From contig CAWGIE010000036.1 of assembly GCA_963822585.1 (NCBI GenBank), positions 256,001 through 320,000 of the forward strand: a DNA stretch of 64,000 bases. Reading direction: 5' to 3'. This DNA is from an uncultured bacterium. GTDB lineage: Bacteria > Auribacterota > Erginobacteria > Erginobacterales > Erginobacteraceae. A program made the translations under genes and the position numbers. Below the pieces are notes generated by a model. It was given only the letters and a program-made list of their open reading frames with translations. It ran no database searches and was not told the origin of the DNA. Of the stretch, positions 20,870-32,864 are shown piece after piece. Within the stretch, counting starts at the first letter, position 1; every line of letters begins with the position of its first letter.

Positions 20870-21826
20870 TCAACGTCCAACGTCCAACAGGGTCCGCGCG
20901 TGGGCGGCGATGGAAGAGGACAAGGCGTCAAGGTCGTATCCTCCCTCCAGGACCGAGACCAGACGGCCGAGGGCGTATTCATCGGCGATATCGGCCACCA
21001 GGGACGTCAGCCCCGCGTATCCGGCATCGGTCAGATCCATCCCGGCCAACGGATCCCGCCGGTGACCGTCAAAACCGGCCGAGATAAAGACAAACTCGGG
21101 CCGGAAACGATCCATGGCGGGGACCAGTTGATCTCGAAAGACGCTCAGGTATTCCCTGTCCCCTGATCCGGCCGGAAGCGGGACGTTCAGGGTGTAGCCC
21201 TCTCCCTTCCCCGTGCCGGTCTCTTCGGCGGATCCGGACCCCGGGTAATGGGGGAACTGGTGGACACTGAAATAAAATACGCTCCGATCCGCGTAAAACG
21301 CGTCCTGGGTGCCGTTTCCGTGATGCACGTCCCAGTCAACGATAACCACCCGCCGGAGACTGTACTTCCGCTGCACATAACGCGCCCCGATCGCCGTGTT
21401 ATTAAAAACACAGAACCCCATCGCCCGGTCGGCCAAGGCGTGGTGGCCCGGGGGGCGGACCGCGCAGAAGCAGTTCCGGACCGTCCCGGCCATCACCGCG
21501 TCCACGGCGGAGAGCACGCCCCCGGCCGCGTAAAGGGCGGCCCGGTAGGATCCGGGGGAGACAACGGTCTCAATCCCGTCGAGCAGCCGGACGCCCCGCC
21601 TGCTCATCTCCTGAGCCCACGCGACGTAGGCGGGGTCATGCACCATTTCGATCTCCGACGGTTCGGCCGCGCGGGGTTCAATCCCGAACAGGTGATTGAG
21701 TATCCCTCGCGATCTCAGTCCGTCCATGATCGCGGTCAGCCGCCGCCCGGATTCAGGGTGCCCCCCGGTATCGTGTTCCAGGTATATATCCGAATAGACC
21801 AGACCGGTCTTGTGTTCCATCGTCAC
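20870..21826 (-). CDS. Histone deacetylase family protein
   Basis: HPES..RL, RPPGHHA, GFCVFNN, DWDVHHGNGTQ, SAGFD, LEGGY. Confidence 0.95.
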   Translation of the reverse strand: MTMEHKTGLVYSDIYLEHDTGGHPESGRRLTAIMDGLRSRGILNHLFGIEPRAAEPSEIEMVHDPAYVAWAQEMSRRGVRLLDGIETVVSPGSYRAALYAAGGVLSAVDAVMAGTVRNCFCAVRPPGHHALADRAMGFCVFNNTAIGARYVQRKYSLRRVVIVDWDVHHGNGTQDAFYADRSVFYFSVHQFPHYPGSGSAEETGTGKGEGYTLNVPLPAGSGDREYLSVFRDQLVPAMDRFRPEFVFISAGFDGHRRDPLAGMDLTDAGYAGLTSLVADIADEYALGRLVSVLEGGYDLDALSSSIAAHARTLLDVGR

Positions 21827-21862
21827 ACCGTGACTTGTTCCCGGGCAATGGGTGTAAAATAT

Positions 21863-21896
21863 TCAACGTTGAACGTTCAACGTTGAACGTTCAACG
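21863..21896. repeat. 7-mer AACGTT(C/G) array; related arrays at 20863-20889, 37783-37822 and inside miaA
   Basis: tcaacgttgaacgttcaacgttgaacgttcaacg. Confidence 0.85.
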
Positions 21897-23381
21897 AAAA
21901 GCGGACCCGGTATCCTGGTTGATACGGCGCATCTCGTCGATTCCGTATTGCGTCCCGATCCTCCGGTCCGCCTCGGGGAGCGAATCAACCGGGAGGATGA
22001 TCTCCCGATTGAACTCCTCCATGATAAAACGATGGAACCCTCTCTCGGGATGCCCGAGGGCTTCAACAACGTCCTCCAATTTCCCGATCGGACGCCCGTT
22101 CACCTTCGACACGACCATGTCCTCCATCCTCTGGTAGCCGAGATTGATGCCATCGGGGAGGAGCCTGTTCAGGATTACGATCCGTTCCCGGCCCGGGCGA
22201 CGGTGACGGGAGTTATAAAAATAATGATAAAGGAATTTCTTATTCGCGGCCGTCTGCCAGTTCGGGCCCCATTCCTTCAAATAATCGGCGGTCAGTTCCT
22301 GGAGAATCAGACCGCCAACGATAAGATATTTCGTGGGCGTACCGCAGCTGTAAGGAGGGATCAGATAATCCGATCGAACCCACCTCTTCATCTCGATCGG
22401 CAACCGGAGAATAGTGCCGTCCCGGAAAATCTCGACCTCAACCGTATCCCCGGGATAATGGAAGCGGGAAAAAAGATCACGGTAATCGAGCCGGCCCCAG
22501 AGAGTGTCCCGGTAATACCCGTCGGCGTCAATGGCATGGCCGGCCACCGAAAGAAGAACATCCCCTTCTTTCAGCGTCCCCGCGGCCGACCCGCCGGGAA
22601 AAATCGTGTGAATATAGAGGCCTCCGACGTCGGGGGGAAGACGCAGGAACTTCCGGAAAACAGGATCCCGAACCGCCGATCCCGCGAAACCGTGGAAGGG
22701 GAAGCCCCGGTACCGGCCGCCGCTGGATGCTTCCAGGAAATGTCGGATGATGGAGGACGGGATGATGGTGGCATACTGCTCCTTGCTGTTGTAAGACATA
22801 GTAAGGCCAACCAGCTTGCCGTCGGCAAAGACCGGCTCGCTCCAGCCGCCGCCCCGGTCCTCGAAGTTAACGGCCGCGCCGTAGGCGAGAAAACTGTCGA
22901 GGCCCAGGTAATACTGCTCCACCGAGACTTTCACGATCTCTCCCGGGATCGCCCGGATATTGTCCGACTCCTCGAATACCAGGAACTTGACCGGCTGATC
23001 GATCCTGACCTTCTCTTCCAATTCGACCGGCTTGAGATCGTTAAAAAAAGAGTCGTCATCGACGGTTAAAACCGCCAGGTCGGCGTCGTAGTCAATGGCC
23101 TCGATTTTACCCGGATAGTATTTCTTCTCCGTGTTCTTCTCCACCTTGATCATGGTGGCATCCTTTACAATATCGGCCGTCGTCAAGATCTTCCGGGAGG
23201 GGAGGATACAGCCATAACCCGAACGGGAGGCGGCCTTTTTCTTCTGCCAGGGGCTGGAATAATTAGTTTCCTGATACGTCACGTAGAGTTTCACGGGGGT
23301 ATCCACGGCGGGGAACGACGGGGCCGCGCAGAGATGAATTCCCAAACAGACAATACCGTAAAGAAACAACGTTTTCTTCAT
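21891..23381 (-). CDS. Deg/HtrA-like PDZ protein, probably catalytically inactive
   Basis: Paralogous to the neighbouring protease, but LTTADIV replaces LTSAHVV and GGWSEP replaces GNSGGP. Confidence 0.8.
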   Translation of the reverse strand: MKKTLFLYGIVCLGIHLCAAPSFPAVDTPVKLYVTYQETNYSSPWQKKKAASRSGYGCILPSRKILTTADIVKDATMIKVEKNTEKKYYPGKIEAIDYDADLAVLTVDDDSFFNDLKPVELEEKVRIDQPVKFLVFEESDNIRAIPGEIVKVSVEQYYLGLDSFLAYGAAVNFEDRGGGWSEPVFADGKLVGLTMSYNSKEQYATIIPSSIIRHFLEASSGGRYRGFPFHGFAGSAVRDPVFRKFLRLPPDVGGLYIHTIFPGGSAAGTLKEGDVLLSVAGHAIDADGYYRDTLWGRLDYRDLFSRFHYPGDTVEVEIFRDGTILRLPIEMKRWVRSDYLIPPYSCGTPTKYLIVGGLILQELTADYLKEWGPNWQTAANKKFLYHYFYNSRHRRPGRERIVILNRLLPDGINLGYQRMEDMVVSKVNGRPIGKLEDVVEALGHPERGFHRFIMEEFNREIILPVDSLPEADRRIGTQYGIDEMRRINQDTGSAFR

Positions 23382-23387
23382 CGCCGG

Positions 23388-24932
23388 TTAATTTCCCGCC
23401 TCTTCGTGCTCTTCTTCCGCTGGACCGAGGAACCGGTCGGTCCGGATCTGATATCTCTCCAGTATTCGGGCATTCGCTTCCTTCAGCTGCCCGGCGTCCA
23501 GAATACAGGGGGGGCTGTCGCCTGCAAATTTGATGATGTGAAAACCACCGGTCTCCTCGTCAAAGGCGGCGACCAGATCGCGCAGGGAATCTATCTTCCG
23601 GCCGTTCACGCTGCTGACCACCTGGTCGGAAAGATCCGTATAGTACTGGTTGACCGGCGCCGGCAGGACCCGGGAGAGAAGAATTATTTGGGGGTGCTCG
23701 CGGTATAACCTATCCTGGTCATAATAATAAAAATAATAAAGCAGACGGGGATCGGATCGATCCCACCAATCGTTCTTCCAGGTCTTCAAATACTCCCGGG
23801 TGAGCGGCTGGAAAAGAAATCCCCCATAGACGAAATACTCCGGCTGTTCTTCGTATTCGTTCCAGGACTTCAGCGACTCCCTGTTTTTTTCCAGCGGGAT
23901 CCGGCAGGGAATAATCTCCCCTCCTCTCATGACCTCGATCACCACCTCGTCACCCACCTGCTTGCGCTCCACTACCTCCTCGAGCTGGTAGCTCTCCTGG
24001 TCGATCAGGATCGTCCCGTCGTTTCTGATCGGATTGCCGTCGATGGCCAGGAGAACATCCCCGGGGAAGATAAAGCCGCTGGCGGAATGGCCTTCAACCA
24101 CATCCGAGACCGCGACCCCCGTCTTCCCGGCTGGCAGGCCCACGAAATCGCGATAAGCAGGGTTCAGGAGATCGGCCGTGATAATGCCAAGGTCCGGATA
24201 TCCGTCATACCGGCCGTCCGCAATGTCTTCCAGAAAATGATTGATCACCGTGATCGGGATGACGTGGCCGACGTTTTCCGAAGGCTCGACGGCCTGGAAG
24301 GCAATCCCGGCGATTTCACCGTTCTGCAGAACCGGACCACCGGAATTGCCGGGGTTGATGGCGGCATCGATCTGCAGAATAAGATGATAGTCCCGGGCGG
24401 AATGACTGTAGAGTGTATAGTCGATGCGGGAAACAATGCCCCGGGTAACCGAGATGCGCCGGCCGCCGGCGGGGAAACCGTATACCAGCACCATCGACCC
24501 GAGTTCGGGTATTTTCTCGCTGAAGGGGATATATGTGGTGTCGTCGAAAAAAGAGGGGTCAAGGACATCGACCAGTGCCAGATCGCAATCATGCCCGATG
24601 TACGACACCACCCCCCGGTATGGTGTTCCGCTGTTTTCCTGCTCGATCTCCAGATAGGTGGAATCGCTGACGACATGAGCGCTGGTAAGGATGTGGTTGC
24701 CGGCAATAATAACCCCGGAACCGCGGCCGGTCGAGAAATCCCTTTTTCCCCAGGGCGCCTCGTAATCCGGACGCTGGCTGACATTTCTGACCTTGACCAC
24801 CGCCGATCGGACGCGGGCGTTGCTCCCCTCCCCCTCTGCCGGGCCCGGGAAGCCGGCCGGGGCGGCGGAGACGGAAAGAACCGAAACCGCCGTTATTATC
24901 CCGAAGAGGAGATGTGTTATTGGGTTTTTCAT
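23388..24932 (-). CDS. Deg2-type trypsin-like serine protease with PDZ domains
   Basis: Catalytic triad motifs LTSAHVV, CDLAL, AAINPGNSGGP; signal peptide. Confidence 0.92.
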   Translation of the reverse strand: MKNPITHLLFGIITAVSVLSVSAAPAGFPGPAEGEGSNARVRSAVVKVRNVSQRPDYEAPWGKRDFSTGRGSGVIIAGNHILTSAHVVSDSTYLEIEQENSGTPYRGVVSYIGHDCDLALVDVLDPSFFDDTTYIPFSEKIPELGSMVLVYGFPAGGRRISVTRGIVSRIDYTLYSHSARDYHLILQIDAAINPGNSGGPVLQNGEIAGIAFQAVEPSENVGHVIPITVINHFLEDIADGRYDGYPDLGIITADLLNPAYRDFVGLPAGKTGVAVSDVVEGHSASGFIFPGDVLLAIDGNPIRNDGTILIDQESYQLEEVVERKQVGDEVVIEVMRGGEIIPCRIPLEKNRESLKSWNEYEEQPEYFVYGGFLFQPLTREYLKTWKNDWWDRSDPRLLYYFYYYDQDRLYREHPQIILLSRVLPAPVNQYYTDLSDQVVSSVNGRKIDSLRDLVAAFDEETGGFHIIKFAGDSPPCILDAGQLKEANARILERYQIRTDRFLGPAEEEHEEAGN

Positions 24933-25110
24933 ACTTATAACCGGCGGAATTCAGAGTCAAACCATCACTTCACTTGAATAACTGACGGGGGTGTTGGAGT
25001 AATGGAATCCGGGATGGGGGGAGGGCGAAATCCAATACTCCACTATTCCAATACTCCATTACTCCATCTTTTTATGAGTTCGCGTCCGCTTTCACCTTGT
25101 CCTCTTCAGG

Positions 25111-26262
25111 TTACGGAACGTTCACCAACATATATTCCCGGGAACCGATCCCGGCGGCGGCGGCGGCGGCCAGAAACGGCTCCACCTCGATACCGAAAAG
25201 AGTCTTGAACGGGTCCTTCACCCGGGGAAGACAACAATACCGGGCGATGACGGCCGGGGACACCTTCTTCATCGAGACCCGGAGTTTTTTCACCACCGCC
25301 GTCGATCCCGGGATCAGGGGAGATTGCCGAACCAGATCAATCGAGGCCTGGTCAACGGCGACGATGTCCCGCGAGGCCAGAATTCCCTGGTCGGGGATGA
25401 AGGGGGGCTCGCTCCAATCGCAGCAATCGCAGTCCGGGGCGACGGTGATCAGGAAGTTCAGGTAGAGAGACTTTTTGCCCTTCCCGGCCAGGACCGACCG
25501 CGCGTAGGCGGCCGATTTCTCGGCCAGGGGGCCGGAATCCGTCTTCCAGATCGGAGGGATGGCGCCCGCCGGACAGACGGCGATACACTCTCCGCAGCCG
25601 ATACAAACCCGGGGGTTGATCCGGGCGGGACCGTCATCTTCCCGGGAGATGGCGCTGACCGGGCAATATCTGACACAGGTCCCGCACCGGGAGCATTTCT
25701 TCGTGTTTACCACCGGTTTCAGATCGCTGTGCATGACCTGCTTTCCCGCGGGGGAGGCAAGCCCCATGCTGACGTTCTTGATCGCCCCCGCATAGCCGAA
25801 GACGACATGCCCGGTGACATGGGTGATGGCCAGGATCCCATCAGCCTCCCGGGCCATCCGGGCGATCCGGACTGGTCGGTCTCCGATGGAGTTGTTCCTC
25901 TCCTCAATGAACTCATCGGCAATGACAATCGGCGCCCCGATATACTCTTCCGAGAAACCGTGGTGACGCGCGGTGAGCAGGTGATCTTGCGTTTCATGGC
26001 GGCTGCCCCGGTAAAGGGTATTGGTATCGGTCAGGAAGGGCTCTGCTCCCAGATCTTTGAGCTTCGCCACCAGGAGACGGGCAAAAGCCGGATTGAGATA
26101 CGTGGTATTTCCTTCCTCGCCGAAATGGACCTTTACCGCCACCCGGTCTCCGCGGCCGAAGATCTTCGCCCCGCCGCTCCGGTCGAACAGATCGGAAAGT
26201 TTATCCAGGAGAGAGCGACGGGCATGGGCGGTTGGATCCGTAAAATATACTTTTGATTTCAT
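25111..26262 (-). CDS. DUF362 domain Fe-S protein with 2x[4Fe-4S] ferredoxin domain
   Basis: VAVKVHFGE.GN, TDTNTLY.GSR, CSRCGTCVRYCP, CIGCGECIAVCP, PDCDC. Confidence 0.9.
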   Translation of the reverse strand: MKSKVYFTDPTAHARRSLLDKLSDLFDRSGGAKIFGRGDRVAVKVHFGEEGNTTYLNPAFARLLVAKLKDLGAEPFLTDTNTLYRGSRHETQDHLLTARHHGFSEEYIGAPIVIADEFIEERNNSIGDRPVRIARMAREADGILAITHVTGHVVFGYAGAIKNVSMGLASPAGKQVMHSDLKPVVNTKKCSRCGTCVRYCPVSAISREDDGPARINPRVCIGCGECIAVCPAGAIPPIWKTDSGPLAEKSAAYARSVLAGKGKKSLYLNFLITVAPDCDCCDWSEPPFIPDQGILASRDIVAVDQASIDLVRQSPLIPGSTAVVKKLRVSMKKVSPAVIARYCCLPRVKDPFKTLFGIEVEPFLAAAAAAGIGSREYMLVNVP

Positions 26263-26363
26263 TGCCGGCCATTATAACCACGAAGAACACGAAGGGCACG
26301 AAGAAAAACATTCAGGAACTTCGTGTCCTTTGTGTTCTTTCTTGTAATTAACGGTGCGTTGAT

Positions 26364-28723
<2,360 letters not shown>

Positions 28724-28806
28724 TTAGGTCTTTTGCTCATCTCTGTTTTTTCCTTTGTGCCTTGGTGCCTTGGTGGCTAATAATTATTGAGATGTCGAAG
28801 AAATAA

Positions 28807-29532
28807 CTACCGTCCGACTGCGAGGCGTTCGGCCAGAAAGCGGGGCAGCCCGGCGGCAAGAATTTTTTCCTGGGCTTTCCGGATCGGGTAGGCAACCCGG
28901 ACGATCCGGATGATCTCCGCGCGGTCATCGAAGAGGATAAAAGACGCCCGGGGGTCACGATCCCGGGGTTGCCCGACACTCCCCGCGTTAATGAGATACC
29001 GGCAGCCGGGAGCCAGCCGCACTTCCTCATCCGGAACAAAATCGATGACGCCTTCCTTCTCCCGGAAGAAACCGGGGAGATGGGAATGCCCGAAAAAGCA
29101 AAGTCGGCCGGGAAGACGATTAAACGATGGGCGGGCGTCGGCGGGAGAAAGCACATACTCCCAGTCCGGCGGAGCCGAAAGACTGCCGTGGACGAGGGCG
29201 ATTTCGTCGATGAGCCGGGTAAGCGGGAGAGCGGCTAGATACTCCTTCTCGGCTTGATCGAGCAGACCTTCAGTCCAGAAAATCGCCTGCCGCGCGCGCT
29301 CGTTGAAACTTTCGGCCGTGTCGAGGCCGCAGGCGGCGGCATCATGATTGCCGAGCACCCCCAGCGGATTCAGCAACCGGAGTGTTTCCAGACAGGCCTT
29401 TGGATCGGCGCCGTAACCGACACTATCCCCCAGGCAGATATATCTATCTATCGAGAGCCGGCGGACGGCGGCGAGGACCGTTTGCAGTGCTTCCAGGTTA
29501 CCATGAATGTCGGAGAGGATGGCGTATCTCAT
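28807..29532 (-). CDS. Calcineurin-like metallophosphoesterase
   Basis: SDIHGN, LGDSVGYG, GNHD, HGS, GHSH, NAGSVGQPRD. Confidence 0.92.
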   Translation of the reverse strand: MRYAILSDIHGNLEALQTVLAAVRRLSIDRYICLGDSVGYGADPKACLETLRLLNPLGVLGNHDAAACGLDTAESFNERARQAIFWTEGLLDQAEKEYLAALPLTRLIDEIALVHGSLSAPPDWEYVLSPADARPSFNRLPGRLCFFGHSHLPGFFREKEGVIDFVPDEEVRLAPGCRYLINAGSVGQPRDRDPRASFILFDDRAEIIRIVRVAYPIRKAQEKILAAGLPRFLAERLAVGR

Positions 29533-29611
29533 TTAAAATTTTTTCTGTGAAAAAATTTTAATCGGGCAGGCTCCACAGGGATAGAGAATGCGCCTAATTA
29601 TGATACTTTAG

Positions 29612-29686
29612 TCGGGGCGGGGAGATTTGAACTCCCGACCTCACGGTCCCGAACCGTGCGCGCTAGCCGGACTGCGCTACGCCCCG
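29612..29686 (-). tRNA. tRNA-Pro (anticodon CGG), CCA not encoded
   Basis: Minus strand CGGGGCGTAGCGCAGTCCGGCTAGCGCGCACGG-TTCGGGA-CCGTGAGGTCGGGAGTTCAAATCTCCCCGCCCCGA folds as a cloverleaf. Confidence 0.95.
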
Positions 29687-29889
29687 AAAAATGAAACCTA
29701 AGGGACAAAGGTTAACCCGATTTATTCATAAATCGGGTTAGTTTTGAACCATGACCAAGCTTACATGAATAGCCACACGAAAAGATATTAATTTTATCAA
29801 ATTATCCGGCAACGGATTACAGCCAAAGGCATACTTCTACGGGCCGCTTACCATGAAGAATAATATGTTTCCATTCCAGAGAAGAAAAA

Positions 29890-31231
29890 GGTTCCTCGCT
29901 ATTTTCAGTGGCCCAAGAGTTCGGTATAAGGCATCATCTTATGCATGAAGACACCAGAAAAGTTGTTCAGTGAGTTGTTGGGTTTGGGCCCGGCGTGGGC
30001 AGTTGAGGATGCGACATTCAAGGCCGAGAATAATATCGTAGAATTGCGCGTTAAAGAGACGCCTGAACTTTGGAAGATAGAACGCTGCCCTCACGATGGA
30101 AGCGATGGCGTGACCTGCCATGATCACATACGAGGGCTTCGATGGCGACATTTGAACGTGTTCAACAAAGAAGTTGAAATCGTCTGCGATCTGCCTAGAG
30201 GGAAGTGTCCGAGGTGCGGAAAAGTATGGCGCGTGACCCCACCGTGGGAAGGACGGGCGAAGCATTTTACGAAAGAGTTTGAAGCCTTTGCCCTGACCTT
30301 GATGCGGGAGATGCCGGTTAAAAAGGCCGCGGAGATTCTTGGCGAGCAAGACACCAGGATGTGGCGGGTTGTGAGTGCCTATGTGGAAGAGGCGTACAAG
30401 AGAGTGGATATGTCGGATGTTGTTTCCGTCGGGGTTGATGAGATGTCTCGAGCGAAGGGACATCGCTACCTGACGGTGTTTGCCGATTTGGTGCTCAAGC
30501 GAGTGTTGTTTGCAACCCCAGGTAAAGACAGCGAGACGTGGGCGCAGTTTACCAATGCGTTGGAGGACCATGAGGGGAAAGCGGAATCGCTTACGAGCGT
30601 ATCGATGGATATGAGCAAGGCCTATGCGAAGGGAGTGCGCGAGAACTGCAGCAATGCCCGGGTAGTCTACGACAAGTTTCACGTGATTGCCCATGCCAAC
30701 AAAGCGGTGGATCTTGTCCGCCAGAGCGAATCCCAGAGTGGGCGCCCGATAGTCCGGGAGACATTGGCCAAGAGTCGTTGGATCTGGCTGAAGAACCCGG
30801 AAAATCTGACCAAGAAACAGAAAGCCCGGTTGAAGCGGATTGATCAGGATATGCTGCTGACCGGAAGAGCATACCAGATGCGGCTGGCGCTGCAGGAGAT
30901 TTACCGGCTCGGTTCTGTCACTGAGGCGGCCAAGCGATTTGGCGAATGGTGCCGCTGGGTTCAACGAGAAGCTCGCAAAACCAGCCGATGGCTTCTTTGT
31001 CATATGTCCCAGGTTGCCGATATGATCGAATCCCACATCGCTGGAATCCTGGCACACTGGGATCAGGGTGTGACCAATGCTTTTATGGAAGGGATTAATA
31101 GTGTTTTCTCCGCTGTTCGACGCAAGGCTCGTGGGTATCGAAGCTCCCGGAATATGATTACTATGCTCTACTTTGTCGCCGGTAAACTTCCTTCACCTGC
31201 TGAACTCAGCCACTGAAAATAGCGAGGAACC
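29890..31231 (+). mobile_element. ISL3-family insertion sequence, complete (1342 bp)
   Basis: 23-bp perfect TIR ggttcctcgctattttcagtggc; 8-bp target duplication AAGAAAAA at 29882-29889 and 31232-31239. Confidence 0.95.
29945..31216 (+). CDS. ISL3 family transposase
   Basis: WRHLNVF..CPRCG zinc finger, GVDE, SMDMS, YDKFHV, TNAFMEGINS. Confidence 0.95.
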   Translation: MKTPEKLFSELLGLGPAWAVEDATFKAENNIVELRVKETPELWKIERCPHDGSDGVTCHDHIRGLRWRHLNVFNKEVEIVCDLPRGKCPRCGKVWRVTPPWEGRAKHFTKEFEAFALTLMREMPVKKAAEILGEQDTRMWRVVSAYVEEAYKRVDMSDVVSVGVDEMSRAKGHRYLTVFADLVLKRVLFATPGKDSETWAQFTNALEDHEGKAESLTSVSMDMSKAYAKGVRENCSNARVVYDKFHVIAHANKAVDLVRQSESQSGRPIVRETLAKSRWIWLKNPENLTKKQKARLKRIDQDMLLTGRAYQMRLALQEIYRLGSVTEAAKRFGEWCRWVQREARKTSRWLLCHMSQVADMIESHIAGILAHWDQGVTNAFMEGINSVFSAVRRKARGYRSSRNMITMLYFVAGKLPSPAELSH

Positions 31232-31362
31232 AAGAAAAAGCACAGTGCTGTCGCCGCATAAACAAGACTGCTATTCATAATACATTGAACGACAATTAGT
31301 AACCTGGATTATTCATGAAAAATGAAAATTTTCATGAATAATCCAGGTTAAGGGTTAAGTTG

Positions 31363-32046
31363 TCAAGCAGCATTATCTGACTTTCGCCTCATGACCTTTT
31401 TATGCAACCAGATATAGACAACCAGGATCGCGATACAGGCTGATAGAATCCAGATCATATTCTCGCTGACCAGCTCTTTACCCTGACGGACTATCTCCGT
31501 ATAGGTCATGGCCGTGGTCTGAAGGCCGAGATGGTAGCCGATCGCCATCAGCACGATAATCCAGATCCCGGCCCCCAGGGCGGTAAAAAGACTGAACCGC
31601 CCGAAACGCATCCGGGAGAGTCCGGCCGGAAGGGATATCAGCTGTCGTATCGCGGGGATCAGCCGGGAGACGAACGTTGCCACCTCTCCGTATTCACGGA
31701 ATATCTCCTCCGCCCGTTCCATTTTCTCGCGGGGAAGAAAGAAAAATCGACCGTATTTGTGCAGAAAGGGACGTCCCAATTTGAGGGCCAGGAAGTAATT
31801 GAAGTATGCTCCGGCTAATGAACCGGCCAGGCCGCAGAGAAAGGCCGTGGCCAGAGCCGCGGTGGGATCTCCCGGGAAAAACTCCGCCCGGGCCGCCCAG
31901 AAACCGGCGGGGATCATGATCACTTCGCTCGGAAAAGGTATCAGAGATGACTCGATCGCCATGAAAAAGAAGACCAGCAGCGGCCCGCGCCAGGTGATCA
32001 TCAGGTCGACCACGTTTTCCAGAATCGGCACCAAAGATTCGGTCAT
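31363..32046 (-). CDS. DedA family membrane protein
   Basis: MAIESSLIPFPSEVIM, SRLIPAIRQLISLPAG. Confidence 0.92.
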   Translation of the reverse strand: MTESLVPILENVVDLMITWRGPLLVFFFMAIESSLIPFPSEVIMIPAGFWAARAEFFPGDPTAALATAFLCGLAGSLAGAYFNYFLALKLGRPFLHKYGRFFFLPREKMERAEEIFREYGEVATFVSRLIPAIRQLISLPAGLSRMRFGRFSLFTALGAGIWIIVLMAIGYHLGLQTTAMTYTEIVRQGKELVSENMIWILSACIAILVVYIWLHKKVMRRKSDNAA

Positions 32047-32094
32047 AGGAGATGCTCCTGATTTGTTGTTTTGGACAAATGAACGGAAGCGGCC

Positions 32095-32760
32095 TTATTC
32101 TCCCCAGCCGTACTCCCCGATCAGCGGAACGAAGACGCAGCCGCCGTCATCTCTCTGGACAAACTTCCCCCCGGGCCTTTTTTCCACGATCAGGAGGCGC
32201 TGAGAATAACCGGCCCCGGCGGGTATGATCAGGCGCCCCCCCTCGGCCAGTTGTTCCAGCAGGGGGGGAGGGATGCCGGGTGAGCCGGCGGTAACGATAA
32301 TGCCGTCATAGGGCGCGAACTCGGGCCAGCCCAGTGTCCCGTCGCCCACTTTGATGGCAATGTTGTCATACCCCCCTTTTTTAAGGATTTCACCGGTACG
32401 GAGGGCGATCGATTCGAGACGCTCCACGGAGTAGACCATGGCTGCCAGGCGGGAGAGAATCGCCGCCTGGTAACCGGATCCCGTCCCGATCTCCAAAATT
32501 TTTTCTCCGCCGTTCAGGCACAGATTCTGGGTCATCACCGCGACCATGTAAGGCTGGGAAATCGTCTGCCCCCCGCCGATCGGCACCGGATGGTCTCCGT
32601 AGGCCTCAGGCAGGCTTACCCCCGGGATGAATGCGTGCCGTGGCACTTCACGAAACGCGCGCAATACGCCGGGAGCGGTGATCCCCCGCGGCTCCAGCTG
32701 ACGGGAAACCATGGCATCCCGCAGACGCGCTGCTGTTTCATCGGCACCGTTTGTGTGCAT
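32095..32760 (-). CDS. pcm: Protein-L-isoaspartate O-methyltransferase
   Basis: VPRHAF, QTISQPYMVA, LEIGTGSGYQAA, APYDGIIVTA, FVPLIG. Confidence 0.95.
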   Translation of the reverse strand: MHTNGADETAARLRDAMVSRQLEPRGITAPGVLRAFREVPRHAFIPGVSLPEAYGDHPVPIGGGQTISQPYMVAVMTQNLCLNGGEKILEIGTGSGYQAAILSRLAAMVYSVERLESIALRTGEILKKGGYDNIAIKVGDGTLGWPEFAPYDGIIVTAGSPGIPPPLLEQLAEGGRLIIPAGAGYSQRLLIVEKRPGGKFVQRDDGGCVFVPLIGEYGWGE

Positions 32761-32783
32761 AATGAGATATCAGTTACCGCTCC

Positions 32784-32864
32784 GGAGTAATGGAGTGGTG
32801 GAGTAGTGGAGTGTTGGGGGCTGGTACTCCATCACTCCATCACTCCATCATTCCATCACTCCAT
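32784..32864. repeat. 8-mer (TGGAGTRN) inverted-array element; further copies at 24993-25067, 42217-42259 (half), 49125-49206 and 50407-50487
   Basis: ggagtaatggagtggtggagtagtggagtgttgg ... tactccatcactccatcactccatcattccatcactcca. Confidence 0.9.

Larger units (their letters stand above)
29712..31351. mobile_element. MITE-like AT-rich element, copy 2, interrupted by ISL3
   Basis: Left end ttaacccgatttattcat resembles the reverse complement of the right end, ttaacctggattattcat; interior aligns with 6965-7120 across the IS. Confidence 0.7.

Noticed and set aside
29612..31351. tRNA-integrated genomic island or prophage
   Set aside because: There is no integrase and no duplicated tRNA 3' end. 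The mobile DNA lies on the tRNA's 5' side and is explained by the MITE plus ISL3.
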